From the NCBI GenBank assembly GCA_963785725.1, contig CAWAWS010000002.1:32001-96000 (forward strand): a stretch of 64,000 nt of DNA, written 5' to 3'. The notes under the pieces were generated by a model. The model was not told the DNA's origin and ran no database searches. It saw only the letters and a list, made by a program, of their open reading frames with translations. The position numbers were made by a program, and so were the translations under genes. Below are positions 21,271 through 30,126 of the stretch, in pieces (position 1 is the first letter of the stretch; each line of letters opens with the position of its first letter). The DNA is from an uncultured delta proteobacterium. Its GTDB lineage: Bacteria; Myxococcota_A; Polyangia; Palsa-1104.

Positions 21271-22986
21271 CTAGAAGTTGATCTGCAAGCGGAACAGCAG
21301 CTCGTGCTCGTAACGGTGGAAGAAGAGGTTCTTCTCGATCAGCGCCGACGTCGCGTGTGAATCGCCGCCGCCGACGTAGTTGAACCCGTAGTTGGCCATG
21401 AGGCGCGCGTTGCGCGTGACCCAAAAGTTGGCGCCGGCCAAGAGCGTGTCGAGCTGATAGTGCCCTTGCGCCGGGTCGAACGCGGCGTGCGTCGTCGCCG
21501 TGGGCGGCAGGTCGATGATGCCGAGCTCGTTGTGCTCGTAGCGCAGCGCGAGCTGCACGGCCCAGCGCGGCAGCGGCGGCGGCGAGTAGCCCTTCCAGTG
21601 CGGCACCGTGTACAAGCCGGGATGGTCGACCTCGAGCGGCCCGCCGATCCACGCGTAGACCTCGGCGTAGCCACCGTAGCCGTCGAGAAAGCCGCGCGGC
21701 CCGGCGGTGCGCGCCGTCGTCGTGTCGTCGTAGCGGCGCACCTGCTGCGACTCGTGCAGGAATTCGCCGCGCAGACCGAAGCGCTCCGTCAGCGGCACGT
21801 TGAGCTCGATGGCGTACTTCAGCGTCGTGCCGTCGGGCGCCAGGTGCGAGCGGACGGCGTTCTTGCTGGCGTCGGTGCCGTTGCCGTAGTTGCTGCTGAA
21901 GATCGAAAAGCCGCTCTCGGTCGATAGGCCGCCGACGTCGCCGGCGGTGGCGCCCGTCGTCGATGGCGCGCTCGATCCGCCGACGTTGTCCGAGCGCTGC
22001 CACCAGAACGACGCGCCGATCCAAATCTCCTCCATCCAGCGCGCGTGATTCGGCACGAGCGAAATCGGCGCGACGAAGCCGCGACCCAACACCGCCGGCT
22101 GGTTATCGAGGTTCTTGAAGCCCTGCCCTTCGCCGTTAAAGATGCCGACGTAGTAATGGCCGAGATGACGCGGCAAAACGCCGTGCACCATCGCGCCCGT
22201 GTCGCGCGTCTGCGGCACGGCGAAGCGAATCGGCGACGCCTTCTCCAAGAAGTCGGTGTAGTTCTCGGTCGTCATGTTCTCGAGCGAAAACGGCGGATAG
22301 AACTGCCCGACTTGCAGCTGCAGCCACGGCACGATGTTGATGTCGGCCTCCGCAATGGCCGCCGTGCTGTATTGGCCGCTCGACGGCACCGTCGCCAGCT
22401 CGGCCTCGATGCGGAAGTCGATGACCTTGACGAACGTGCCGGCCATGCCGAGTCGCGCGCGGCGAATGAAGACGGTGTCGCGCAAGGTAGCCCGCGGATC
22501 GGCGGCGCTGTTGGGCACGACGCCGGCGGGCGGCGCCGGTCGATTGAGGAAGTTGTACCAATCGATGTTGATGCGCCCCTTCGGGATGAGCACGAACCAG
22601 CTATGGCGATCGCGCAGGAAGAAGCTCTTCTCCGAGTAGCCGGCCAGCGGCGCCAGCAGCTCGGGATCGTCGCCGCGCGTCGACAAGGCGGGCACCGCCA
22701 GCGTCGTGCGCGAGCCGAGCGACGGCGGCGGCGCGTCGGCGGCAGGTAGACCGGACGCCCGTTGCAGTCGCTGAATCTCGACGCGCTGCTGCTGCACGAC
22801 CTCTTCGAGCTGCTGCTGCCGCCGTAACACCTCCGCGAGCGTGTCGGTGTCGGCGGCCTGGACGTCCGTCGCCGTGACCGCGGCATCGGGCGCGCCTCCG
22901 TCAGGCGTGACGACGTCCGAATCCGCCGACGCCGCACGCCCAATACCGAGCAGCAGCAGCACGAGCAACACGCTTCGCAACGACAT
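21271..22986 (-). CDS. Outer membrane porin (OprO/OprP-like)
   Basis: Signal peptide, coiled segment, FIRRARL, GQFYPPFSLE, C-terminal LFRLQINF. Confidence 0.8.
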   Translation of the reverse strand: MSLRSVLLVLLLLGIGRAASADSDVVTPDGGAPDAAVTATDVQAADTDTLAEVLRRQQQLEEVVQQQRVEIQRLQRASGLPAADAPPPSLGSRTTLAVPALSTRGDDPELLAPLAGYSEKSFFLRDRHSWFVLIPKGRINIDWYNFLNRPAPPAGVVPNSAADPRATLRDTVFIRRARLGMAGTFVKVIDFRIEAELATVPSSGQYSTAAIAEADINIVPWLQLQVGQFYPPFSLENMTTENYTDFLEKASPIRFAVPQTRDTGAMVHGVLPRHLGHYYVGIFNGEGQGFKNLDNQPAVLGRGFVAPISLVPNHARWMEEIWIGASFWWQRSDNVGGSSAPSTTGATAGDVGGLSTESGFSIFSSNYGNGTDASKNAVRSHLAPDGTTLKYAIELNVPLTERFGLRGEFLHESQQVRRYDDTTTARTAGPRGFLDGYGGYAEVYAWIGGPLEVDHPGLYTVPHWKGYSPPPLPRWAVQLALRYEHNELGIIDLPPTATTHAAFDPAQGHYQLDTLLAGANFWVTRNARLMANYGFNYVGGGDSHATSALIEKNLFFHRYEHELLFRLQINF

Positions 22987-23024
22987 TCGCGATCTCCAGG
23001 CGCACATGACGCCGGATCGCGTTG

Positions 23025-23038
23025 TCCGTTATAACGGA
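23025..23038. promoter_or_regulatory. Palindromic operator TCCGTTATAACGGA
   Basis: Perfect palindrome upstream of the porin; partial copy at 23046-23058 and variant TCCGTCATAGCGGA at 23764-23777. Confidence 0.55.
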
Positions 23039-23045
23039 TAAAATG

Positions 23046-23675
23046 TCAATATAACGGATGCGCGTGCTGGTGCGAATGCGGCAGGAACTGCGCGACCAGA
23101 TACAGGCGCGCTTCGACGGAGGCGCGATTGATGAAGGCGTGCGGCGAGTCGGAGAGGAAATGGATGGCATCGCCGAGCTCGAGCTGCTGGAGCTGCGAGT
23201 CCCACTCGATGTCGAGCGCGCCCCCAGCGACCACGAGGTTGACGAGCGTGCCGGGCGGATGCGCCTCCGACCGCACGATCGCGCCGGGCTGCAGCGTCAG
23301 CTCGTAGGTCTGCACCGCGGTCGTCCGCTCTTGCGGACGCAACGGCCGCGACGCGATTAAGGAGTCGCGCGACCGCACCCAGCGCGCCGTCTCTTTGCGC
23401 ATGATGACCGTCGGTGAGCGCGGCTCCGCGAGCAGCGCGCTGGTGGTCGTGCCGAGCGCGCGGGCGATCGCCGGCACGATGTCGAGGGACGGCCACTGCA
23501 GCCCGAGCGAGAAACGGCGCAAGGTCTTCACGTCGACGCCCGAACGCTCGGCCAGCGACTCCAAGGTCAGCTTGCGCTCGCGTCGCAGCCGCTCGAAGTT
23601 TTCACGCCAGCGTTCGCACAGCTCCTCGTCGCTCTCGCGCAGAGGTCGCATGGCCGTGGGCGATGGCGTGGACAC
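23046..23675 (-). CDS. XRE-family HTH regulator with cupin domain (PuuR/SutR-like)
   Basis: LTLESLAERSGV HTH; cupin HPPG...LGDAIHFLSDSPHAF. Confidence 0.88.
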   Translation of the reverse strand: MSTPSPTAMRPLRESDEELCERWRENFERLRRERKLTLESLAERSGVDVKTLRRFSLGLQWPSLDIVPAIARALGTTTSALLAEPRSPTVIMRKETARWVRSRDSLIASRPLRPQERTTAVQTYELTLQPGAIVRSEAHPPGTLVNLVVAGGALDIEWDSQLQQLELGDAIHFLSDSPHAFINRASVEARLYLVAQFLPHSHQHAHPLY

Positions 23676-23712
23676 CTCGTCCAGAGCTACCGGAAGCGGC
23701 CGACTCAGTCCC

Positions 23713-23728
23713 TAAGGCATCCACCTTA
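23713..23728. promoter_or_regulatory. TAAGG-N6-CCTTA palindrome, copy 2
   Basis: TAAGGcatccaCCTTA upstream of the XRE-cupin/porin genes. Confidence 0.7.
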
Positions 23729-23788
23729 GACGCGGCGATAGCACTCGGCGACGCCCGACGTTATCCGTCATAGCGGACGCAGGTGCGC

Positions 23789-23977
23789 TTACGGCTCGCG
23801 GCGCTCGCAGTAGCCGTTGACGCACCACTGGCTGCAGCAGTCGCGGCTGTGCTGACAGACGGTGCCCGAGTCGATGCACATCTCTTCAGGCTTGACCAAG
23901 GAGAACATGCGCTCGCGCTCGGCGCCGCAACCCGCCAACAGCGCCGACGCCAAAACCAGAGACGCGAAAAGCTTCAT
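23789..23977 (-). CDS. Small Cys-rich (knottin-framework) lipoprotein, copy 2
   Basis: LAGC lipobox; same Cys spacing and CERREP end as 14893..15081. Confidence 0.8.
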   Translation of the reverse strand: MKLFASLVLASALLAGCGAERERMFSLVKPEEMCIDSGTVCQHSRDCCSQWCVNGYCERREP

Positions 23978-24012
23978 AAGGCGAGCATGAAGTCGTCGAC
24001 GCGCTGACCCCA

Positions 24013-24066
24013 TAAGGCCGTGACCTTAGGCGGTAACGATTTCGTCTAGCTAAGGTCACTGCCTTA
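24013..24066. promoter_or_regulatory. TAAGG-N6-CCTTA palindromes, copies 3 and 4
   Basis: TAAGGccgtgaCCTTA (24013-24028) and TAAGGtcactgCCTTA (24051-24066) in the divergent lipopeptide/kinase gap. Confidence 0.7.
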
Positions 24067-24141
24067 TAGGGCGCGCACACGCGAGCCATCAGACTTCGGG
24101 CATCACGCAGCGGCTGCCTTGCCGGCGGCGGCGCGACCCCG

Positions 24142-24999
24142 ATGAGAATGCTGACAGCGACATTGCTAAAGTTGCCGATGGCGATGCTGCTGACGTGCTC
24201 GACGTCGGCGTGGGCGGCGCCGGTGCGGGCGCTCGCTGCCGATACGGGACCGCCGCTCGTCGCGACCAAGTGGGCGGCGGTCGGGTTCGCGGTGCTGGCG
24301 GTGCTGCTGGCGACCCTGCTTTACGCGTTGCCGACACGCGCGGCGGCCGCCACCAAGCGTCAGCTCGAGCTGGCGCTCGGCGAGCGCGCGCTCACGCTGC
24401 AAGAGGAAGATCGCCGTCGCATCGCGCGCGAGCTGCACGACGGCGCGGGTCAGGCGCTGACGGCGGCGCGATTGCAGCTCATGGCGCTGCGCGAAGGCGT
24501 GACCGCGGCGCCGCGCGAAACTATCGGCGCCATCGTCGGCTATGTCGACGAGGCCATCGACGAGGTGCGGCGATCGACGACGGCACTGACGCCGCCGGCC
24601 TTGGCCGAGCTCGGGCTCGTGGGCGCGATCGTGCGGCACTGCGACACGTTCACGGCCAGCGCTCGACTGAAAGTAAACCGCGAGCTGCCGACCGAGCTGC
24701 CGTCGCTGCCGTCGTACGTCGAGACGACCATCTACCGCAGCGTGCAAGAGGCGCTGCACAACGCCGCGCGCCACGGCGGCGCCACGCAAGCGTGGGTGCG
24801 CCTCGCCGTCGACGGCGGACAGCTACGGCTCGAAGTCGGCGACGATGGCGCCGGCATCGCCGACCAGGCGCAGCGCGGCTTCGGCCTCGGCTCTATGCGC
24901 GAGCGCGCCCAAATCGCCGGCGGCGCGCTCACGGTCGTCGACGACGCCGGGCCGGGCGCGCGCATTCGCATCACAGTGCCGTTCGAAGTAGTCGCCTGA
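24142..24999 (+). CDS. HisKA_3 histidine kinase, paralog of 12353..13207
   Basis: Shares identical stretches ERALTLQEEDRRRIARELHDGAGQALTAARLQL and QEALHNAARHGGA with copy 1. Confidence 0.9.
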   Translation: MRMLTATLLKLPMAMLLTCSTSAWAAPVRALAADTGPPLVATKWAAVGFAVLAVLLATLLYALPTRAAAATKRQLELALGERALTLQEEDRRRIARELHDGAGQALTAARLQLMALREGVTAAPRETIGAIVGYVDEAIDEVRRSTTALTPPALAELGLVGAIVRHCDTFTASARLKVNRELPTELPSLPSYVETTIYRSVQEALHNAARHGGATQAWVRLAVDGGQLRLEVGDDGAGIADQAQRGFGLGSMRERAQIAGGALTVVDDAGPGARIRITVPFEVVA

Positions 25000-25253
25000 T
25001 TCGTGCTTCCCTCGCGCACAAGACGAAGGGCAGTCGACCTCGCCGCGTCGTCGGCCCGTCATCCTTCGCCGGCGGAGCGTCTAGGGTGCCTATCTTATCG
25101 AGCTGACGATCGTTCGCCTCTAGCCTGATCCGGCGATGACTCGGCAGCGGCGACAGCGCGACCACTCTGCGGCGAATGCTGTGGCGAACCCGGTCGACTG
25201 CTACAATGCCGTGCGTGAGCAGCCGATCCAACGAACGGCTCGCCGGCCGTGCG

Positions 25254-25481
25254 ATGCGCCGCTCCGGCGAATACGTCGCGCAATGGAAGAAGGCGGCCAA
25301 GAAAGAGCGCGGCTGCAAGGTGTGTGGCGCGTCGCGATTGCGCAAGAAGGAGCTGGGCGAAATGCTCGACCTGACGCCGCGCAAGGACGTCAAAGCGCAG
25401 CGCAAGGCGATTCGCTTGGCGGCCGCGCAGCTAGCGGGATATTGCAGCACCAAGTGCCGTCAGCTCACCGAGCAGGCGTGA
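25254..25481 (+). CDS. Small basic protein with possible Zn-binding cysteines
   Basis: CKVC...YCSTKC; start uncertain. Confidence 0.5.
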   Translation: MRRSGEYVAQWKKAAKKERGCKVCGASRLRKKELGEMLDLTPRKDVKAQRKAIRLAAAQLAGYCSTKCRQLTEQA

Positions 25482-25503
25482 CGCGGTATCGCGCGACTGA
25501 CGC

Positions 25504-26148
25504 ATGATGCGCGGTCGCAGCACCGCCGGCTTCGTATGCGTCGTGCTGACACTCGCTGCTTGCGCCGGCACTCGACCCGCCAGCCGCGCTGACCCCATCG
25601 ACACGTGCACGCCGGGCAACGCCGCTGCCTATCACGAGCGTGCCCGCGAGCTCGAGCAGCGCGACCCGGCCGCGAGTCTTCGCGCGCTATCTTGCGCGTG
25701 CGTGCTGGAGCACGCCGAGTCCTGCTACGACCTCGCCGTTTACGAAGCGGACCACGGCGGAATCTCCAGCGCCGTCACCCACTACGAGCTCGCGTGCCGA
25801 CTGCGCCACGCGCCAGCCTGCTACAACCTCGGCACTTGTCTCGTCAGCGGTCCGTGCCCGAGCGACGCCACGCGCGGCGCGCAGTTGCTCCGTCAAGCCT
25901 GCGAAGGCGGCGTACCGCACGCCTGCCTCAATCTCGGCAACAGCTACGTTCTCGGCCGCGGCGTCGAGCGCCGCCCCGACGAGGGCGTGGCGCTTCTCGC
26001 GCGCACCTGCGACGCCGGCGTCGCCCTCGCCTGCTACAACTTGTCCGTCCTCTTGACCACCGGCCCGGTCGCGCACGACGAAGCACGCGCCGCCGAGCTG
26101 CGTGAGCGTGCGTGCCGCGGCGGCGTCGAAGGCGCCTGCGCACCGTGA
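25504..26148 (+). CDS. Sel1-like repeat lipoprotein (Cys-type)
   Basis: LAAC lipobox; repeated AC.NLG...G.GV...A..L...AC. Confidence 0.8.
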   Translation: MMRGRSTAGFVCVVLTLAACAGTRPASRADPIDTCTPGNAAAYHERARELEQRDPAASLRALSCACVLEHAESCYDLAVYEADHGGISSAVTHYELACRLRHAPACYNLGTCLVSGPCPSDATRGAQLLRQACEGGVPHACLNLGNSYVLGRGVERRPDEGVALLARTCDAGVALACYNLSVLLTTGPVAHDEARAAELRERACRGGVEGACAP

Positions 26149-26174
26149 GACTCGTTGCAACCTTGGGAGAAGAG

Positions 26175-27179
26175 ATGCTCCGCCCGAAGATTCACTCGAT
26201 GCCGCGGCTCGGCCGCTTGCTCGCCGCGGTCTGTCTCTGCACGTCCATGGTCGCGCGTGCCGCCGACCCGACTCCGCCGCCGCCCGTTCCCAAAGTGGCG
26301 ACGCGAGCGCTCGTCATCTCCATCGATGGGCTGCGTCCCGATCTCTTGCTGCGCGCGAACACACCGAACATTCACGCGCTGCTCGATGCGGCGAGCTTCA
26401 GCTTCTGGGCGCGTACGACTGAGCTGTCGATCACGCTGCCGTCGCATACGAGCATGCTCACCGGCGTCGTCCCCAAGACGCACGGCATCCAGTTCAACAA
26501 CGACGGCGGCCCCGACGATCCGATTGCGCCTTCGGTGCCGACGCTGTTTCAGCTCGCCCATCGCGCCGGCTACTCGACTGCGCTCGTCGCCGGCAAGAGC
26601 AAGTTTCACATCCTCGCGAAGGACACGACGTACAGCCAATATCCGCCGCGCAAGCACGAGTTTACGGACGACGAGACGGCGACGCGTGCGGCCGAGCTCA
26701 TCCTCGCGCACGCGCCGGACGTCATGTTTGTGCACTTCGGCGACGTCGACGCCGCGGGCCACTCGGTGGGCTGGGGCAGCGCCGAGCAGATGGCCGCCAT
26801 CGCCCGCGCCGATGCCGCCGTCGGCATGGTCCTGACGGCGCTCAAGATCAAGAAGCTCTATCAGTCGACGGTCATCATCATCTCGGCCGATCACGGCGGC
26901 ACAGGCCGCTGGCACGGTCCGAACGACCCGCGCGCGCGAACGATTCCGTGGATCGCGCTTGGCCCCGGCATCAAGGCGAACAACGACCTGTCGGCGATTC
27001 GCGACCTCTCGATCAACACCGAAGACACGTTCGCGACGGTGTGCGCGCTGCTCGGCATTACCGTTCCAGGCGCGATCGATGGCAAGCCCGTCTGGCAGAG
27101 TCTACAGCCACCGACGCCGACCGCCGGCGCGACGTTCCCGACTCAGTCGGCATCAGCGCCGTTTACGCCCCCCAAGTAG
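26175..27179 (+). CDS. Alkaline phosphatase superfamily / nucleotide pyrophosphatase-phosphodiesterase
   Basis: ISIDGLRPD, ITLPSHTSMLTG, DVDAAGH, SADHGG. Confidence 0.9.
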   Translation: MLRPKIHSMPRLGRLLAAVCLCTSMVARAADPTPPPPVPKVATRALVISIDGLRPDLLLRANTPNIHALLDAASFSFWARTTELSITLPSHTSMLTGVVPKTHGIQFNNDGGPDDPIAPSVPTLFQLAHRAGYSTALVAGKSKFHILAKDTTYSQYPPRKHEFTDDETATRAAELILAHAPDVMFVHFGDVDAAGHSVGWGSAEQMAAIARADAAVGMVLTALKIKKLYQSTVIIISADHGGTGRWHGPNDPRARTIPWIALGPGIKANNDLSAIRDLSINTEDTFATVCALLGITVPGAIDGKPVWQSLQPPTPTAGATFPTQSASAPFTPPK

Positions 27180-27301
27180 ACGGCTCGTCGACAACCTTTG
27201 ATGCGGCAGACCTTCGCCACCAAGAATCGATGTAAAGATACGCTCTCGTGAAAAGACGCCCTCTTATTGACCGTCGCTTTGGAAGAACAGATTCTGACGG
27301 C

Positions 27302-28243
27302 ATGGACAGGAAGCGTCGCCGCGAATCCGGTTCCGCGAAAGCGACTCTCACGGATCGCGAAATGATGTTGCGCGCCGTTGCGCTCGCTCGAAACTGCAGG
27401 AGTGAGAAAGGAAAGACATCCCCAAAGGTCGGCGCGGTCGTCGCCCGCGATGGCCGAGTCCTCGGCGAGGCTTTCCGGGGCGAGCGCAAGCCAGGACAGC
27501 ACGCGGAGTTCACGCTTCTCGAAGGAAAGCTCTCGGAAGAGCTGCTCGCCGGCGCGACCCTGTTCACGACGCTCGAACCCTGCACATCGCGTAATCACCC
27601 GAAGATCCCGTGCGCAGAACGGATCGTCGAGCGGCGCATCGCACGAGTCTTTATCGGAACCCTCGATCCGAACGACCGAATTCGTGGCCGCGGCGAGCTG
27701 CGGTTACGGGACGCGGGCATTCACATCGCGCGGTTCGACTCCGATCTGATGGCAGCGATCGAGGAGATCAACCGCGAGTTCACACGTTCCCAACGCACGG
27801 GTCCGATGGAACGAAGCCCGTCCCAGACCCATGACCCCGTTTCACCGGATGAAGTCGGTCCGAATGGTCACCGAATCGGCTACACGAAACGTGGCGACAA
27901 GGTCGAATGGATTCCAGACGAGGAGCATCCGAATCGGGAATGGCCTCTTCTGCTCAGACGCAACGACAAGTCGATCCTTAAGGAATACAAAGAGCATTGG
28001 GACAAGGTTTGGTGGAACAGGCATCAGAACTGGGTCCATCGAATAAAGACGGGCGAAGAGCAGCTTACGGCGGAGCAAAAGCCCGTATTTGAGCGAGCGC
28101 GCAAAGCTGCAAAGCGAATCGAGAAAAAATACGGGCGGAAGAATCTGGGCTGGGACGACTTCGAGTGGGGCCTGTTGAGCGGACGGTTGTCTGCTCTGTC
28201 GTGGGTACTCGGATCTGAATGGAACGAGTCTCTCGACACGTAA
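27302..28243 (+). CDS. RibD-like Zn deaminase domain fused to an unknown Trp-rich C-terminal domain
   Basis: PKVGAVV, HAE, TLEPC-x8-C, DPN; C-terminus WDKVWWNRH...[20 protein letters not shown]; lower GC. Confidence 0.75.
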   Translation: MDRKRRRESGSAKATLTDREMMLRAVALARNCRSEKGKTSPKVGAVVARDGRVLGEAFRGERKPGQHAEFTLLEGKLSEELLAGATLFTTLEPCTSRNHPKIPCAERIVERRIARVFIGTLDPNDRIRGRGELRLRDAGIHIARFDSDLMAAIEEINREFTRSQRTGPMERSPSQTHDPVSPDEVGPNGHRIGYTKRGDKVEWIPDEEHPNREWPLLLRRNDKSILKEYKEHWDKVWWNRHQNWVHRIKTGEEQLTAEQKPVFERARKAAKRIEKKYGRKNLGWDDFEWGLLSGRLSALSWVLGSEWNESLDT

Positions 28244-28519
28244 GATCATTGCATACGTCACTGTAATTGAGCATGACGGATTGCGCCGAAAATGCCGTTC
28301 GCTGCTAATTGTGAAGATCGCTGAGCTTTCCTTTTTACGCGGGTAATTCGCGACAAAATCGCAGCACTATTATTCGGCTAAGCGCGCAGAACTATTGAGT
28401 CGGTTTTTGAGACTGGCGAGAATTTATATCGCCAATGAGCGCGGACAGTTAACCGATTGGGGCAGGAAAATCGCGCCGCGCGCCCCCAAAACGACGACTC
28501 CTCATCGTTAAAGCCGTCT

Positions 28520-29376
28520 TCAAATAAGGATTTCGTCGACTAATAGCGCCCACGGATGCGGCTTCGATCGCCTGTTGTCCGCCTTCTCTTCTATCTGCTC
28601 GAAGCCGGTCCAGATCTCGTCGCGGTAACGACGTGGCGTCGGCTCGCTGCTGACCGCGTTCGGCAAGCCCGCAATGACTACGAGCCCCTCATCTTTTCGG
28701 TCGTCAATCGCAGCGACCACGCGAACGACAACACGAATTGGCGTACCATTTGACGCGTGGACTTGGAGCGCGCGCGTCTGGGCGGCGTCCATCGTGATGA
28801 CGGTGAGCAAGAAGGGCCTCGGCAACGTGCCAATGCGACGGCCAATCTCGAAACGAGCGCCCGTTGCGTGCGGGATTCCAAGGACGAGGCAATCCGAGTA
28901 CCGCAGGCCGCGTTGGCTCGTGACCTCGCCATCGACGTAGTAACGCTCGCCGGCGTGGGCCGCGTAAGCAGTGAAGACCTCGACCAACTGCGCCGGGCCG
29001 AAGGGCGGAATAGGGCCGTTCTTAGTCGACACCGACGGTCGCTCGCCCGCCTTTCGTTCCGCGGCAACGAAGACGTCTAAGCTGGAACGGGGTGGCAGCT
29101 CGTCGGCGATGCGTGACGCCTTGGCGGGAGCCGCAGGCGCCTCGGTCGCCTGGAGCTCCATCCAGTCAACCTCGCTCGTGCCAAGCGCTGTGAGCGCAGC
29201 GCGATGTTCTTGAGCGTCTTTGGGTACACCCAGGACCGCCGACCATGCTCGAGATCGATGATGGTTTTGGCGTCGACCTCGGCTTCGGCAGCCAGATCGC
29301 GAATCGAAACTTCGACGTCGTTCCGAAGCTCGCGCAGACGCTTGCCGTTACAGGCGATTCTCTGGCCGCGCGTCAC
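28520..29376 (-). CDS. XRE HTH regulator with unknown C-terminal domain (element B), frameshift near 29200
   Basis: KRLRELR...SIRDLAAEAEV...LEHGRR; C-terminus KPHPWALLV is shared with 50575..51492. Confidence 0.7.
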
Positions 29377-29496
29377 TTCGACGGTTCTACCAAAGACACG
29401 ACGGGTCGGCCAGATGATGGAGTCCGCTGGAGAGTCCACCGCGCACCACCGGGCTCTATCCTTGCCGCACCATGCGCCACGCTAAACCCTCACGTA

Positions 29497-30126
29497 ATGA
29501 GCGAGAGCGAGCTCGACGATCAGCGGCTGCTGGAGCAAGTCTGCAACCGCAACCCGCGCGCCTGGTGCGTGATGGTTCGCCGCCACGAGTCGCGGCTGCG
29601 CGAGGCCATCCGCGAGGCTGCCGACGCGGATGCGCCGCTTCGCACCGACCAAGTGGACGACGTCGTCGGCGACCTGTGGCTGCTCTTGCTGGAAGACGAT
29701 CTGCGACGGCTGCGCAGCTTTCATGGCGACGACCTCGGCGCATGGTTAGCGATGGTCGCTTGTCAGGTCGCCATGAACCGCATTCGCGAGCTGGCGCGCG
29801 AACCGCCGACCGAGCCGCTCGACGAAGAGCTTCACGCTCATGCAGCGTCCGATAACGAGAAACGAATTATCGTAAATCATTCAACTCGACCGAAAGTTGA
29901 ATATGTCACTGTATCCGAGGCTGCTCGCGCACTGAGCGTCTCGCCCAAGACCGTCTATCGCCTGGTCTGGCGCGGCGAGCTGCCTTCGAGGCGGGTCGGC
30001 CGAACCCTCCGCATCGCTTCCTCCGCGCTCACCGTCGCTGGCGGGTCGGCTCCCAGGGCTGGAATTGGTCGGACCAGCATGATAGAGTCCAAGCGTAGGT
30101 CGCGTTCCGGCATGGGAGCTCGATGA
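29497..30126 (+). CDS. ECF sigma region-2 domain fused to excisionase-type HTH (element B)
   Basis: DDQRLL...AW..MVRRH...DDVVGDLWLLL...AWL; C-terminal YVTVSEAARALSVSPKTVYRLVWRGELPSRRVGRTLRI. Confidence 0.8.
   Translation: MSESELDDQRLLEQVCNRNPRAWCVMVRRHESRLREAIREAADADAPLRTDQVDDVVGDLWLLLLEDDLRRLRSFHGDDLGAWLAMVACQVAMNRIRELAREPPTEPLDEELHAHAASDNEKRIIVNHSTRPKVEYVTVSEAARALSVSPKTVYRLVWRGELPSRRVGRTLRIASSALTVAGGSAPRAGIGRTSMIESKRRSRSGMGAR

Noticed and set aside
27302..28243. Housekeeping ribD
   Set aside because: There is no reductase domain and no riboflavin genes nearby, and the GC content is atypical.
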